From Myxococcota bacterium (GTDB lineage: Bacteria; Myxococcota_A; UBA9160; PR03): a DNA stretch of 64,000 nucleotides. The position numbers and the translations under genes are program-made. This document shows positions 50,043 through 59,823 of the stretch, piece by piece. The stretch is taken from assembly GCA_041611735.1 (NCBI GenBank), contig JBFIML010000005.1, forward strand, positions 71,664 to 135,663, written 5' to 3'. Every line of letters starts with the position of its first letter. Position 1 is the first letter of the stretch. The notes beneath the pieces were generated by a model. That model worked only from the letters and a program-made list of their open reading frames with translations, had not been told where the DNA came from and did no database searches.

Positions 50043-51461
50043 ATGGCCGAGCCGTACCGCGTGCTCGTGATCGACGACGACCCCGGGCTTCGGGACTACC
50101 TGGGCGCACTCGCTGCACGTCAGGGCTACGTGGTGCTCAGCGTGCCCACCGGCGAGGAGGCCCTGGAGAAGCTCGACGACGCCCGGCCCGACCTCGTGAC
50201 CCTGGATCTCGTGCTACCCGGCATGGATGGGCTCGAGACCCTGCGTCACATCAAGAAGCGCATTCCCGACGTGCCGGTGGTGATGCTCTCCGGGCACGGG
50301 CAAGCCCGCAACATCGTCGAGGCCATGAAGCTCGGCGCCACCGACTTCCTCCGCAAGCCCTTCGAAGTGGAGGAGCTCGAGGTCTCGTTCCAGAAGGCGC
50401 TCGAGAAGCGGGCCCTGCGCGAGGAAGTGGAGGAGCTACGCGGGCGCGTGCGTTCGGAGGCCGAGCTCCTGCTCCTGTGCGGCGACGACACCAAGATGCG
50501 CGAGGTACGGGAGATCATCGAGCAGGTCGCCGCCACCGACATCACCGTGCTGGTGCGGGGCGAGAGCGGCACTGGCAAGGAGGTGGTGGCGCGGGCCCTG
50601 CATCGCCTCTCGGACCGGCGCGAACGCCCCTTCGTCAAGGTCAACTGCGCGGCGTTGCCCTCCGAGCTGCTGGAGAGCGAGCTGTTCGGCTTCGAGCGCG
50701 GCGCCTTCACGGGCGCCCAGCGCCGGAAGCTCGGCAAGTTCGAGTACGCCAACACGGGGACCATCTTCCTGGACGAGATCAGCGAGATGCACCCGGGCCT
50801 GCAGGCCAAGCTGCTTCAGGTGCTGCAGGACGGCGAGTTCTCGCGGCTCGGCGGCGAGAGCGACGTGCGCGTGGACACCCGAATCCTCGCCGCCACCAAC
50901 CGCGATCTGGAGAAGGCGGTGGCCGACGGCAGCTTCCGCGAAGACCTCCTCTTCCGCCTGAACGTGGTCACGGTCCTGCTGCCTCCGTTGCGGGATCGGC
51001 GCGACGCCATCCCGTTGCTGATCGAGCACTTCCTGGCCAAGTACAACCAGCAGTACGGGAAGAACTTGAAGAGCCTCTCGCTGGACACGTTCGATGTGTT
51101 CATGCAATACCGCTGGCCGGGAAACGTGCGGGAGCTCGAGAACCTGGTGAAGCGCATCGTGGTGCTGGGCAACGAGCAGACCGTGGTGGACGAGATCTCC
51201 AAGAAATTGCGTGAGGAGCCCAGCGGCGGCGACGAGCCGGCCCTGGATCTCGGCGCCCTCGGCGTCGATCTGGCCAATGGCAAGGCGGTGGACCTGAAGG
51301 CGATCGCCAAGCGAGCCGCCCAGATCGCGGAGAAGCGCGTCATCGAGCGCGTGCTGGAGCAGACGCGTTGGAATCGCAAGGAGGCCGCCGAGCGCTTACA
51401 GATCAGCTACAAGGCGCTCCTGTACAAGATGAAGGACAACGGCCTGAGTGAAGCGCGCTGA
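50043..51461 (+). CDS. Sigma54-dependent response regulator of the EPS locus
   Basis: Receiver, GESGTGKE, GAFTGA, FLDEISE, WPGNVRELEN, HTH WNRKEAAERLQISYKALLYK. Confidence 0.95.
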   Translation: MAEPYRVLVIDDDPGLRDYLGALAARQGYVVLSVPTGEEALEKLDDARPDLVTLDLVLPGMDGLETLRHIKKRIPDVPVVMLSGHGQARNIVEAMKLGATDFLRKPFEVEELEVSFQKALEKRALREEVEELRGRVRSEAELLLLCGDDTKMREVREIIEQVAATDITVLVRGESGTGKEVVARALHRLSDRRERPFVKVNCAALPSELLESELFGFERGAFTGAQRRKLGKFEYANTGTIFLDEISEMHPGLQAKLLQVLQDGEFSRLGGESDVRVDTRILAATNRDLEKAVADGSFREDLLFRLNVVTVLLPPLRDRRDAIPLLIEHFLAKYNQQYGKNLKSLSLDTFDVFMQYRWPGNVRELENLVKRIVVLGNEQTVVDEISKKLREEPSGGDEPALDLGALGVDLANGKAVDLKAIAKRAAQIAEKRVIERVLEQTRWNRKEAAERLQISYKALLYKMKDNGLSEAR

Positions 51462-51482
51462 GCCGCAAGCGGGGGAAGAGAG

Positions 51483-52082
51483 GTGAAGGGAGTCCGACAC
51501 GAGGCGCTGCTCGCGATCGCGGTCCTCGCCGGGGTGGCCTGTGCCTCCCGGGCGCTGCCGCCGCCGCCCGACCCGAACCCCCTGGACCGCGAGGCGTACG
51601 TGATCGAGCCTTCGGACGTTCTCAGCATCCGTGTCTGGAAGAATGCCGAGCTCTCCCTGGACCAGGTGCCGGTGCGGCCCGACGGGAAGATCTCGGTCCC
51701 CCTGGTGGACGACGTGCAGGCCGCCGGCCTCACCACCGAGGAGCTCAAGCAGGTCCTGACCCGCGCCCTGAGCGAGTACGTGGCGTCTCCGGACGTGACC
51801 GTGGTCGTGCTTCGCATGGACAGCAAGCGGGTTTTCGTGATGGGCGAAGTGACGCGGCCCAGCACGGTCCCCCTGACCCAGGACCTGCGGGTGCTCGACG
51901 CCATCGCCATCGCCGGCGGGTTCAACGCCTTCGCGAACAAGCGCAAGGTGAAGGTGTTGCGGCGCACCCAGGATGGCAGTGTGGTCGAGTACCGCTTTGA
52001 CTACGACGCCTTCGTGCGGGGGGATGCGCAGGGATCCAATCTGGTGCTGCATCCGGGTGACACGATCGTGGTGCCGGACTGA
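51483..52082 (+). CDS. wza: Short polysaccharide export (Wza/OPX) lipoprotein
   Basis: Lipobox GVAC; YVIEPSDVLSI, VRPDGKISVPL, VFVMGEV, LHPGDTIVVP. Lacks the C-terminal OM helix. Confidence 0.92.
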   Translation: MKGVRHEALLAIAVLAGVACASRALPPPPDPNPLDREAYVIEPSDVLSIRVWKNAELSLDQVPVRPDGKISVPLVDDVQAAGLTTEELKQVLTRALSEYVASPDVTVVVLRMDSKRVFVMGEVTRPSTVPLTQDLRVLDAIAIAGGFNAFANKRKVKVLRRTQDGSVVEYRFDYDAFVRGDAQGSNLVLHPGDTIVVPD

Positions 52083-52096
52083 GACGGGAGTTCGCG

Positions 52097-53350
52097 GTGG
52101 CGATGCGCATGCTCGCGCTGATTCTCGCCCTGGGCCTGCTCGGAGCCCCGGCGGCCGCGGAGGAGCTCCTGGTGGGCCTCACCAGCCAGACCGGCTGGAA
52201 CGACAACGTCTTCTTCAGCACCGAGGACGTGGAATCGGGCGTTCCCTACCGCCTCTCCCCCTGGATCGATCTCGATCGACGCCAGGGCGACCTGACCTAC
52301 AACCTGAACCTGCGCCTGAGCTACGAGGACTTCGTCGACGTCTCGGACGCCGACACGATCGACACGCTGGCCCGCCTGCGGGGGGGATACCGCTTCTCCG
52401 ACACCACCCGCCTGAGCTTCCGGGAGGAGTTTGCGCGCACCCAGAGCCTGTCGCGTCGGCTGGAAGGCCTCGACCCGGGAAGCGAAGACGACCTCGCCCC
52501 GGACATCGAGCTGGAGCGGCAGCGGCTGCTGCGCAACTCCGTCTTCCTGGGCCTGGAGCACTCGCTGTCCCGACGTTGGCAGGTGAACGCGAACTTCGCC
52601 GACACGCTGTTCGACCCGCAGGACGATGACCTCGTGGACAGCAACTCGGCGTCCGCCACCACCAACCTCTCCTATCTCCTCTCGCCGCGCACCCGGGTGG
52701 GCCTCGGCTTCGGGGCCACGCGCCAGGACTTCAGCGACACGCCGGTGCGGGACGGGGGCACCACCAACTTCTATCGTCTGTTCGCGAGCTGGAGCCACCT
52801 GTTCACCCCGACGCTCTCGGTGGCCCTGCAGGCGGGGCCCACCTGGATCGACTCGGATGTCGGCGGGACGAGGGGGTCCGAGAGCCGCCTGACGTACTTC
52901 GGGAACGCCAGCCTCAGCAAGAGCTGGGAGACGCTGGACGGCGCCCTGAGCTACAATCGGACCGAGAGCACGTCCTCGGGTGTCTCTGGCGGCAGCGTCC
53001 TCGACTCGGTCACCGGGAGCCTGTCCTGGGCGCCCTCGCACCGCTGGACCTACACGCTGATCGGCTCGTGGGCCCGGCGCACGGCCGCCACCGAGCAGCT
53101 GGGGATCTTCTTCACCAGCCCCACGGAAATCACGCTGCGGGAGATCACCACCGATGACGCCGTGGACACCACCCGCATCGAAGTCAAGGTGCAACGCAGC
53201 CTCAGCAAGCGGCTGAGCGTCTTCGGGCTGGCGACCTGGCTGCACCAGGAGCGGAACTTCTCCTCCGCGGCGCGCGACCTGAACAGCGAGCAGGAGCAGA
53301 TCGCGGTCCTGTTCGGGATCATCTGGAAGACCGAACCGAGGCACCTTTGA
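52097..53350 (+). CDS. Outer-membrane beta-barrel associated with EPS export
   Basis: Signal peptide, WNDNV start and alternating amphipathic strands. Lies between a short wza and wzc. Confidence 0.75.
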   Translation: MAMRMLALILALGLLGAPAAAEELLVGLTSQTGWNDNVFFSTEDVESGVPYRLSPWIDLDRRQGDLTYNLNLRLSYEDFVDVSDADTIDTLARLRGGYRFSDTTRLSFREEFARTQSLSRRLEGLDPGSEDDLAPDIELERQRLLRNSVFLGLEHSLSRRWQVNANFADTLFDPQDDDLVDSNSASATTNLSYLLSPRTRVGLGFGATRQDFSDTPVRDGGTTNFYRLFASWSHLFTPTLSVALQAGPTWIDSDVGGTRGSESRLTYFGNASLSKSWETLDGALSYNRTESTSSGVSGGSVLDSVTGSLSWAPSHRWTYTLIGSWARRTAATEQLGIFFTSPTEITLREITTDDAVDTTRIEVKVQRSLSKRLSVFGLATWLHQERNFSSAARDLNSEQEQIAVLFGIIWKTEPRHL

Positions 53351-53366
53351 GAGGCAAGGCGGAGCC

Positions 53367-54980
53367 ATGGACGTACAAGCCGGCCTGCAACTGAAGGACC
53401 TGGTGGCGATGCTGCGCCGACGCCTCGGGGTGATCCTGGCCGTCGCCGGGGCGGTGTTCCTGGCCGCGGTGCTGGTGGCGGCGTTCCTGCCCAACCAGTA
53501 CGAGTCGTATGCGACGCTGCTGGTGGAGCCCCAGGCCATTTCCCAGAAGCTGGTGGAGGCGGGCCTCGAGGGCAGCGACCTGAACAGCCGCCTGCACCTG
53601 ATGACCATGCAGATCCTGAGCCGGCCCCGGCTCTCGCGCGTCATCGACGAGCTCGGTCTGTACGCAGCCGAGTCGAAGGAGAGGACCCGCGAAGAGGTGA
53701 TCGGCCTGATGCGGGGGCGCATCCGCGTGGAGCCCGTGCTCCCGGAGCTCGAGCAGGGCACCCTGCGGCGCAGCCGCGACGTCGCGATCAACACCTTCCG
53801 CCTCCACTTCCGCGACGACTCCAGCCGGACGGCCGCCGAGGTCACCAACCGTCTCGCCAACGACTTCATCGAGGAGCACATCCGGGAGCGCGTCCAGATC
53901 TCGGGCGACACGGCGGAGTTCATCGACAGTGAGCGCACGCGCCTGGCCCAGCGCATCCGCGAGCTCGAAGCGCAGATCGCCCAGGTCAAGGGGGAGAACG
54001 CGGGCCGGCTGCCCGAGGACATGGTCGCCAACCAGCGCATCCTGGAGCGCGCTCTCGGCGACTTGCGGGCGGTGGAGCGCGAACTCGCCCAGGCCCGCAG
54101 CGACGAGGCCTTCTACGGCCAGCAGGTTCTCAACTCCGCCAGCGGCGCGGGCCCCGAGGACGTGGTGAGCCCTGCCCGGCGTATGCGTCTACTGGAGCTG
54201 CAGCTCGCCGAGCAGCGCTCGCGCGGCTTCACCGACAAGCACCCGGACGTGATCGCGGTCCGGCAGGAGATCGCCGTCCTGCGCCAGCAGGTCGGGGAGC
54301 CGGGCGACGGCGAGGAGCCGTCGTCGCTGGTGCAGCAGAATGCCCAGGCGGAGCAGAACCGGGCGGCCCTGCGGGCGCAGGCCGCCCTGGCGGAGATGGA
54401 GCGGCTCCGGGTCCAGATCGACGAGGCCCAGGCCAAGCTCGCCGCCACCCCGCGCGTGGCGGAGCAGCTCGACGGCCTCCAGCGCGAGTACGAGCACCTG
54501 TTCCGGAGCTACCAGCAGTTCAGCAGCAAGCGGCTCGACGCGGCGGTGGCGGCCAACATGGAGCGGCGTCAGAAGGGCGAGCAGGTCCGCGTGCTCGAGG
54601 CGGCCTTCCCGGCCCCGGTTCCCTCCTCGCCGAACCGGCCGCTGATCCTCGTGCTCGGGGCCATGCTCGGCCTCGCGCTGGGCGGCGGTGTGGGGCTGCT
54701 GCTCGAGAGCGTGGATTCCTCGTTCCACGACGCCCGGCGGCTTCAGCAGGCGCTCCGCGTCCCGGTGCTGGCCGCGATCCCCGGCATCCTGCTGGAAAGC
54801 GACCGCCGCGCCCTGCGGCGCCGGCGCCTGGCTCGGGGCGTCGGGGCGGCGGTGGTGGTGCTCGTGGTGCTGGGGGCGGCGGCGGTGGGCTATCGCGTGG
54901 TGAACGGCGGCGGCAAGGCCGGGGGTTCCCGGCCCGCGCCCGCGGCGGCGGCCTTCGACGGCTTCGAGCGGCTGGGGTAG
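53367..54980 (+). CDS. wzc: Polysaccharide co-polymerase (Wzc/GumC N-terminal part)
   Basis: TM-LPNQYES.A, coiled coils, FTDKHPDV, ERRQKGEQVRVLE...PSSPNR, TM, VPVLAAIP, extra C-terminal TM. Confidence 0.9.
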   Translation: MDVQAGLQLKDLVAMLRRRLGVILAVAGAVFLAAVLVAAFLPNQYESYATLLVEPQAISQKLVEAGLEGSDLNSRLHLMTMQILSRPRLSRVIDELGLYAAESKERTREEVIGLMRGRIRVEPVLPELEQGTLRRSRDVAINTFRLHFRDDSSRTAAEVTNRLANDFIEEHIRERVQISGDTAEFIDSERTRLAQRIRELEAQIAQVKGENAGRLPEDMVANQRILERALGDLRAVERELAQARSDEAFYGQQVLNSASGAGPEDVVSPARRMRLLELQLAEQRSRGFTDKHPDVIAVRQEIAVLRQQVGEPGDGEEPSSLVQQNAQAEQNRAALRAQAALAEMERLRVQIDEAQAKLAATPRVAEQLDGLQREYEHLFRSYQQFSSKRLDAAVAANMERRQKGEQVRVLEAAFPAPVPSSPNRPLILVLGAMLGLALGGGVGLLLESVDSSFHDARRLQQALRVPVLAAIPGILLESDRRALRRRRLARGVGAAVVVLVVLGAAAVGYRVVNGGGKAGGSRPAPAAAAFDGFERLG

Positions 54981-54990
54981 CGGCGCAGCG

Positions 54991-55884
54991 ATGTACCTGG
55001 AGTACTACGGTCTGGTTCGAGCGCCCTTCGAGATGACGCCGGATCCGGCGTTCCTCTACCTGGGCGAGGTCCACCGGGAGGGGCTCGCCACCCTGGTCTA
55101 CGGGGTACGCGCGCGCAAGGGGTTCCTGCTGCTCACGGGTGAGGTGGGAACCGGGAAGACCACGCTCCTGCACGCCCTGCTCTCGCAGCTCGACAGCTCC
55201 ACCGCCTCCGCCTTCGTCTTCAATCCACGGGTCGAGCCCCTCGACTTCTTCCGTCTGCTCTTCGAGGACTACGGCATCTCCGCGTTCTGCCGCACCAAGG
55301 CGGACTTCCTGATCGCCCTCAACCGCTTCCTGATCCGGCGTCTCGAGCAGGATCAGCCGAGCCTGCTGATCGTGGACGAGGCCCAGAACCTCTCGCCGGA
55401 GATGCTGGAGGAGATCCGCCTGCTCTCGAACCTGGAGACGCCCACCTCCAAGCTGATCCAGATCATGCTGGTGGGACAGCCCGAGCTCGCCCAGAAGCTG
55501 GCCCGGCCCGAGCTGCGGCAGCTCCGCCAACGGATCGTCTTGCGCCACCACCTGCGGCCCTTCGACGAAGCAGAGACGGCGTCCTACGTGGAGGAGCGGC
55601 TGCGACTGGCCGGCTACACGGGCAAGGGCGTCTTCAATCGGTCCGCGCTGCGCGAGCTGTTCGAAGTGAGCGGCGGCGTGCCCCGCCTGATCAACGTCGT
55701 GAGCGACGGGGCGCTCCTGCTCGGCTACTCGCAGGATCGCGCCACGCTCGGCGCCGAGGAAGTTCGCGCGGTGGCGCGGGATCTGGGCCTGCCGGAGGCG
55801 GGCGAGAAGGATGGCTCACGGACGGACGGGGACGGGACGCCAGCGCCACGAGCGCGGCGGCGGCGCTTCCGCCTGTTCGGCTGA
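54991..55884 (+). CDS. ExeA-like AAA ATPase (exosortase-system-associated type)
   Basis: YYGL..APF..TPDP.F, GEVGTGKT, LLIVDEAQNL, LVGQPEL, GVPRLIN. Confidence 0.9.
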   Translation: MYLEYYGLVRAPFEMTPDPAFLYLGEVHREGLATLVYGVRARKGFLLLTGEVGTGKTTLLHALLSQLDSSTASAFVFNPRVEPLDFFRLLFEDYGISAFCRTKADFLIALNRFLIRRLEQDQPSLLIVDEAQNLSPEMLEEIRLLSNLETPTSKLIQIMLVGQPELAQKLARPELRQLRQRIVLRHHLRPFDEAETASYVEERLRLAGYTGKGVFNRSALRELFEVSGGVPRLINVVSDGALLLGYSQDRATLGAEEVRAVARDLGLPEAGEKDGSRTDGDGTPAPRARRRRFRLFG

Positions 55885-55902
55885 GTCGGGGGGAGTGTAC
55901 TG

Positions 55903-56745
55903 ATGGGGAAGGTCTACGACGCCCTCCAGCGCGCCGAGTCGGAGCGCAAGCGCCGAGCCGCTGGCACGCCGGATGCGGCGGCGGAGATCGACTGGGTGCC
56001 CACCGCCGCGGCGGTGCCCCGGGCGCGGCGGGCCGGCCGGCTCGGCCGCTGGCTCGCCCGCGTCCGGCGCGACGAGTCCGGCGGCGAGGCGGGTGCCATC
56101 AACAAGCGGCGCATCACGCTGCTCCATCCGGACTCCTTCGCGGCCGAGCAGTTCCGTACGCTGCGCGCGCGCATCGATTCGCTCGCCACGGAGCGGCCGA
56201 TCCGGAGCATCGCGGTCACGAGCGCCGTGGCGGGCGAAGGCAAGACGCTCGCGGCGGTGAACCTGGCGACGGTGAGCGGCATGGGCGTGGGGCGGCGCGT
56301 CCTGCTGGTGGACTGCGATCTGCGCAAGCCGAAGGTGGCCGCGTCGCTGCGGATCCAGCCGGTGGCGGGACTGGCGGAGGTCCTGCTCGATCAGGCCCCC
56401 CTGGAGCGGGCGGTGCACCGGGTCGAGGGCGCGAGCCTGGAGGTGCTCCCGGTGCGCGACCAGCCCTCGAACCCTTCCGAGCTGCTCGCTTCCGACCGCA
56501 TGCGCAAGCTCGTGGAGGAGCTGGGCCGCAGCTACGACCGGGTCATCTTCGACACGCCGGCCTCGCTGGCGCTGCCGGATGCGAAGATCGTGAGCGATCT
56601 CAGCGATGGTCTCGTCTTCGTGGTGCGGGCGGATTGCACGCCCCAGGAGGATGTGACCGCGGCGCTCGACCTGCTCGACCGCCGCCGCGTGCTGGGTGTC
56701 GTGCTGAACGGGGCCCGGATCAAGGCGAAGCGCTACGGCTACTGA
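55903..56745 (+). CDS. BY-kinase (CpsD/CapB tyrosine autokinase)
   Basis: EQFRTLR, SAVAGEGKT, LLVDCDLRKP, VIFDTP, short Tyr tail KRYGY. Confidence 0.93.
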   Translation: MGKVYDALQRAESERKRRAAGTPDAAAEIDWVPTAAAVPRARRAGRLGRWLARVRRDESGGEAGAINKRRITLLHPDSFAAEQFRTLRARIDSLATERPIRSIAVTSAVAGEGKTLAAVNLATVSGMGVGRRVLLVDCDLRKPKVAASLRIQPVAGLAEVLLDQAPLERAVHRVEGASLEVLPVRDQPSNPSELLASDRMRKLVEELGRSYDRVIFDTPASLALPDAKIVSDLSDGLVFVVRADCTPQEDVTAALDLLDRRRVLGVVLNGARIKAKRYGY

Positions 56746-56768
56746 GCCGGGGGGCGGTGGGAAAGACG

Positions 56769-57869
56769 GTGACCGGCTTCGAGGCCCTGATTCCGCTCTC
56801 GGCGGCCGCGGTGGTGGCGGCCCTGGCCACGCCCATCGTGGCGCGAGGGGCGCTGCTGCTCGGCATGGTGGATCGCCCGGACGATCGCAAGGTGAACCGG
56901 CGTCCGAACATCCCCCTGCTCGGAGGTCTGGCGGTCGCCCTGGGTCTCTTCGTGGGCCTGGCTGCGGCGCTGCTGTTGGCCGACGATCCGGTGCCCTACC
57001 GCGGCCACCTGGAGGGACTGCTGCTCGGGGGCGCGCTGTTGCTGGCACTGGGCGCCGTGGACGATCGCTTTCCGCTCGGGGCCCGACCCAAGCTGCTGAT
57101 CCAGAGCATCGCTGCCTTGATCGCCATCTTCTACGGCTTTCGAATCGACCACTTCACGGATCCGCTCACGCGCAACGTGACGTGGCTCTCGCCACCGGTC
57201 ATGTGGATCGTGACGACGATCTGGATCGTGGGTATCACCAACGCCATGAACCTGATCGACGGCCTCGATGGTCTCGCGGCGGGCGTCGGGGCCATCATCG
57301 GCGCCACGCTCACCTGGATCTGCTGGCAGGCCGGACAGCCGGCGGGCGTCCTGATGGGCGCCGCCTTCGTGGGGGCGCTGCTCGGCTTCCTGCCCTTCAA
57401 CTTCTCGCCGGCCCGCATCTTCCTGGGCGACGCCGGAGCGCTCTTCATCGGCTACGTGCTGGCGCTGCTGGCCCTGGAGGGGTACCGGAAGATCTCGGTC
57501 CTGACCTTCCTGGTGCCGATCCTGGCCCTGGCGGTGCCGCTCATGGACACCTCGCTCTCGATCGTGCGCCGCCTGCGCCGCCGGTCCTCCATCCTGTCCG
57601 CCGACCGCTTCCACATGCACCACCAGCTGCTCGAGTCGGAGGGCTCCCAGCGCTCGGCGGTGTTGTCCCTCTACTTCCTGACCGCCTGCTTCTGCGTGAT
57701 CGCCCTCTCCTTCACGAACCTGGAAGGGACTGCCGCACTGATCTTCCTGGCGCTCGTGCTGATCCTGACCGTGCGCTTGCTGCGCAACCTCGGCTTCTTC
57801 CACGACGAGCCGGGCCCGGAGGTCCGTGCGGGCGAGGGCGGGCCCGGGCCCGAGAAGGGACGCCAGTGA
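56769..57869 (+). CDS. wecA: Undecaprenyl-phosphate GlcNAc-1-phosphate transferase (WecA/MraY family)
   Basis: DRPDDRK, PLLGGLA, GAVDD, NAMNLIDGLDGLA, FNFSPARIFLGDAG, DRFHMHH. Confidence 0.9.
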   Translation: MTGFEALIPLSAAAVVAALATPIVARGALLLGMVDRPDDRKVNRRPNIPLLGGLAVALGLFVGLAAALLLADDPVPYRGHLEGLLLGGALLLALGAVDDRFPLGARPKLLIQSIAALIAIFYGFRIDHFTDPLTRNVTWLSPPVMWIVTTIWIVGITNAMNLIDGLDGLAAGVGAIIGATLTWICWQAGQPAGVLMGAAFVGALLGFLPFNFSPARIFLGDAGALFIGYVLALLALEGYRKISVLTFLVPILALAVPLMDTSLSIVRRLRRRSSILSADRFHMHHQLLESEGSQRSAVLSLYFLTACFCVIALSFTNLEGTAALIFLALVLILTVRLLRNLGFFHDEPGPEVRAGEGGPGPEKGRQ

Positions 57870-58867
57870 GCTCCGAGCGGGCGCTGATCACCGGCATCAC
57901 CGGCCAGGACGGCTCCTATCTGGCTGAGCTCCTGCTCGAGCGCGGCTACGAGGTCCACGGCATGGTGCGACGCTCGAGCACCGAGAACTTCGAGCGCATC
58001 GCCCAGCTGCGCAGCCGGCTTCGGCTGCACCAGGCGGACCTGCTCGACCAGATGTCGCTGGTGGACCTGATCCGGCGCGTGCGCCCCCGGGAGGTCTACA
58101 ACCTCGCCGCCCAGTCCTTCGTGCCCACGTCCTGGGTCCAGCCCTCCCTGACCGGGGAGTTCACGGCACTCGGGGTCACGCGCATGCTCGAGGCGGTGCG
58201 GCTCGTCGACCCGGAGATCCGCTTCTACCAGGCGTCGAGCTCGGAGATGTTCGGCAAGGCGCGCGAGGTGCCCCAGAGCGAACTCACCCCCTTCCACCCC
58301 CGCAGCCCCTACGCCGTGGCCAAGGTCTACGGTCACTGGATCACCGTGAACTACCGCGAGAGCTACGGGCTGTTTGCCGTGTCGGGGATCCTGTTCAACC
58401 ACGAGTCGCCCAGGCGCGGACGCGAGTTCGTGACGCGCAAGATCAGCGAGGGGGTGGCCCGCATCAAGCTGGGCCTGGCGGACGAGCTCTTGCTCGGAAG
58501 CCTGGATGCCCGGCGCGACTGGGGCTACGCGCCCGAGTACGTGGACGCCATGTGGCGCATGCTCCGGCAGTCGGCCCCGGGCGACTACGTGATCGGAACC
58601 GGCGAGCATCACGCGGTGCGCGACTTCGTGGAGATCGCCTTCAAGCACGTGGGGCTCGATCCGCACGATTTCGTGCGCGTGGATGCGGCGCTCGTGCGAC
58701 CGGCGGAGGTGGATGCGCTGCTGGCCGATCCCTCCAAGGCCCGCCGGGAGCTCGGGTGGCGGTCGACCACCGCGTTCCCGGAGCTCGTGCACATCATGGT
58801 GGAGGCGGACCTCGAGCTGCAGGAGCGAGCCAGCGGCCGGCGGCGGGGCGGGGCCGGGACGCGATGA
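57866..58867 (+). CDS. gmd: GDP-mannose 4,6-dehydratase
   Basis: ALITGITGQDGSYL, YNLAAQS, YQASSSEMFG, PRSPYAVAK, NHESPRRG.EFVTRK, RDWG. Confidence 0.97.
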   Translation: MSSERALITGITGQDGSYLAELLLERGYEVHGMVRRSSTENFERIAQLRSRLRLHQADLLDQMSLVDLIRRVRPREVYNLAAQSFVPTSWVQPSLTGEFTALGVTRMLEAVRLVDPEIRFYQASSSEMFGKAREVPQSELTPFHPRSPYAVAKVYGHWITVNYRESYGLFAVSGILFNHESPRRGREFVTRKISEGVARIKLGLADELLLGSLDARRDWGYAPEYVDAMWRMLRQSAPGDYVIGTGEHHAVRDFVEIAFKHVGLDPHDFVRVDAALVRPAEVDALLADPSKARRELGWRSTTAFPELVHIMVEADLELQERASGRRRGGAGTR

Positions 58868-59823
58868 GCCGGCCGGAGCGCGTGCTCGTGACCGGTGCGG
58901 CGGGCTTCATCGGCTCGACGCTCGTGGATCGCCTGCTCGCCGAAGGTCGCCGGGTCGTGGGGCTCGACAACCTGGATCCCTTCTATCCGGAGGCCGAGAA
59001 GCGTCGCAATCTGCACGCGGCGCTGGGCTCGGAGCGTTTCACTCTGGAGCGTGGCGACGTGCGGGATGCGGGCGCGCTCCAGCGCCTGTTCGAGATGCAC
59101 CGCTTCGAGGCCGTCGTGCACCTGGCGGCGCTGGCCGGCGTACGTCCCAGCCTGGAGCGCCCGGCTGCGTACGCGGACGTCAACGTCCACGGCACCGCCG
59201 TGGTGCTCGAGGCGGCCGTGCGCCACGGCGCGCCGCCGGTGGTCTTCGCCTCCTCGTCCTCGGTGTACGGAGAGCGGAGCGGCGGGCCCTTCCGCGAGAG
59301 CGATCCGGTGGAGCGTCCCATCTCCCCCTACGCGGCCACCAAACGGGCCGGAGAGCTGCTCGCCCACACCTTCCACCATGCCCACGGGCTCGCGGTCACC
59401 TGCGCGCGCATCTTCACGGTCTACGGGCCCCGGCAACGCCCGGATCTGGCGATTCGCAAGTTCGCGGAGCGCATGGGGCGCGGCGAAGCGATCCCCGTCT
59501 ACGGCGACGGCTCGAGCCTGCGCGACTTCACCTACGTGGACGATCTGGTGGACGGCCTGCTGCGGGCCCTGGACCGGGACCTGGGCTTCGCCATCCTGAA
59601 CTTCGGCGCCGGGCGGACCGTGGCGCTCAGCGAGGTCATCGCGTTGCTGGAGCAGCGCCTCGGAGTCAAGGCGACCGTCGAATGGCTGCCGCCCCAGACC
59701 GGAGACGTGCCGCGCACCTGGGCCGACGTGACGGCGGCGCGCGCGGCCCTCGGCTATGCGCCTTCCGTTTCGTTGCAGGAGGGCCTCGAGCGATTCGTCG
59801 CGTGGATGAAGGAGAAGACGTGA
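58864..59823 (+). CDS. NAD-dependent epimerase, UDP-glucuronate 4-epimerase-like
   Basis: GAAGFIGS, HLAALAGVRPS, PISPYAATK, FTVYGPRQRPDLA, RDFTYVDD. Confidence 0.85.
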   Translation: MSRPERVLVTGAAGFIGSTLVDRLLAEGRRVVGLDNLDPFYPEAEKRRNLHAALGSERFTLERGDVRDAGALQRLFEMHRFEAVVHLAALAGVRPSLERPAAYADVNVHGTAVVLEAAVRHGAPPVVFASSSSVYGERSGGPFRESDPVERPISPYAATKRAGELLAHTFHHAHGLAVTCARIFTVYGPRQRPDLAIRKFAERMGRGEAIPVYGDGSSLRDFTYVDDLVDGLLRALDRDLGFAILNFGAGRTVALSEVIALLEQRLGVKATVEWLPPQTGDVPRTWADVTAARAALGYAPSVSLQEGLERFVAWMKEKT

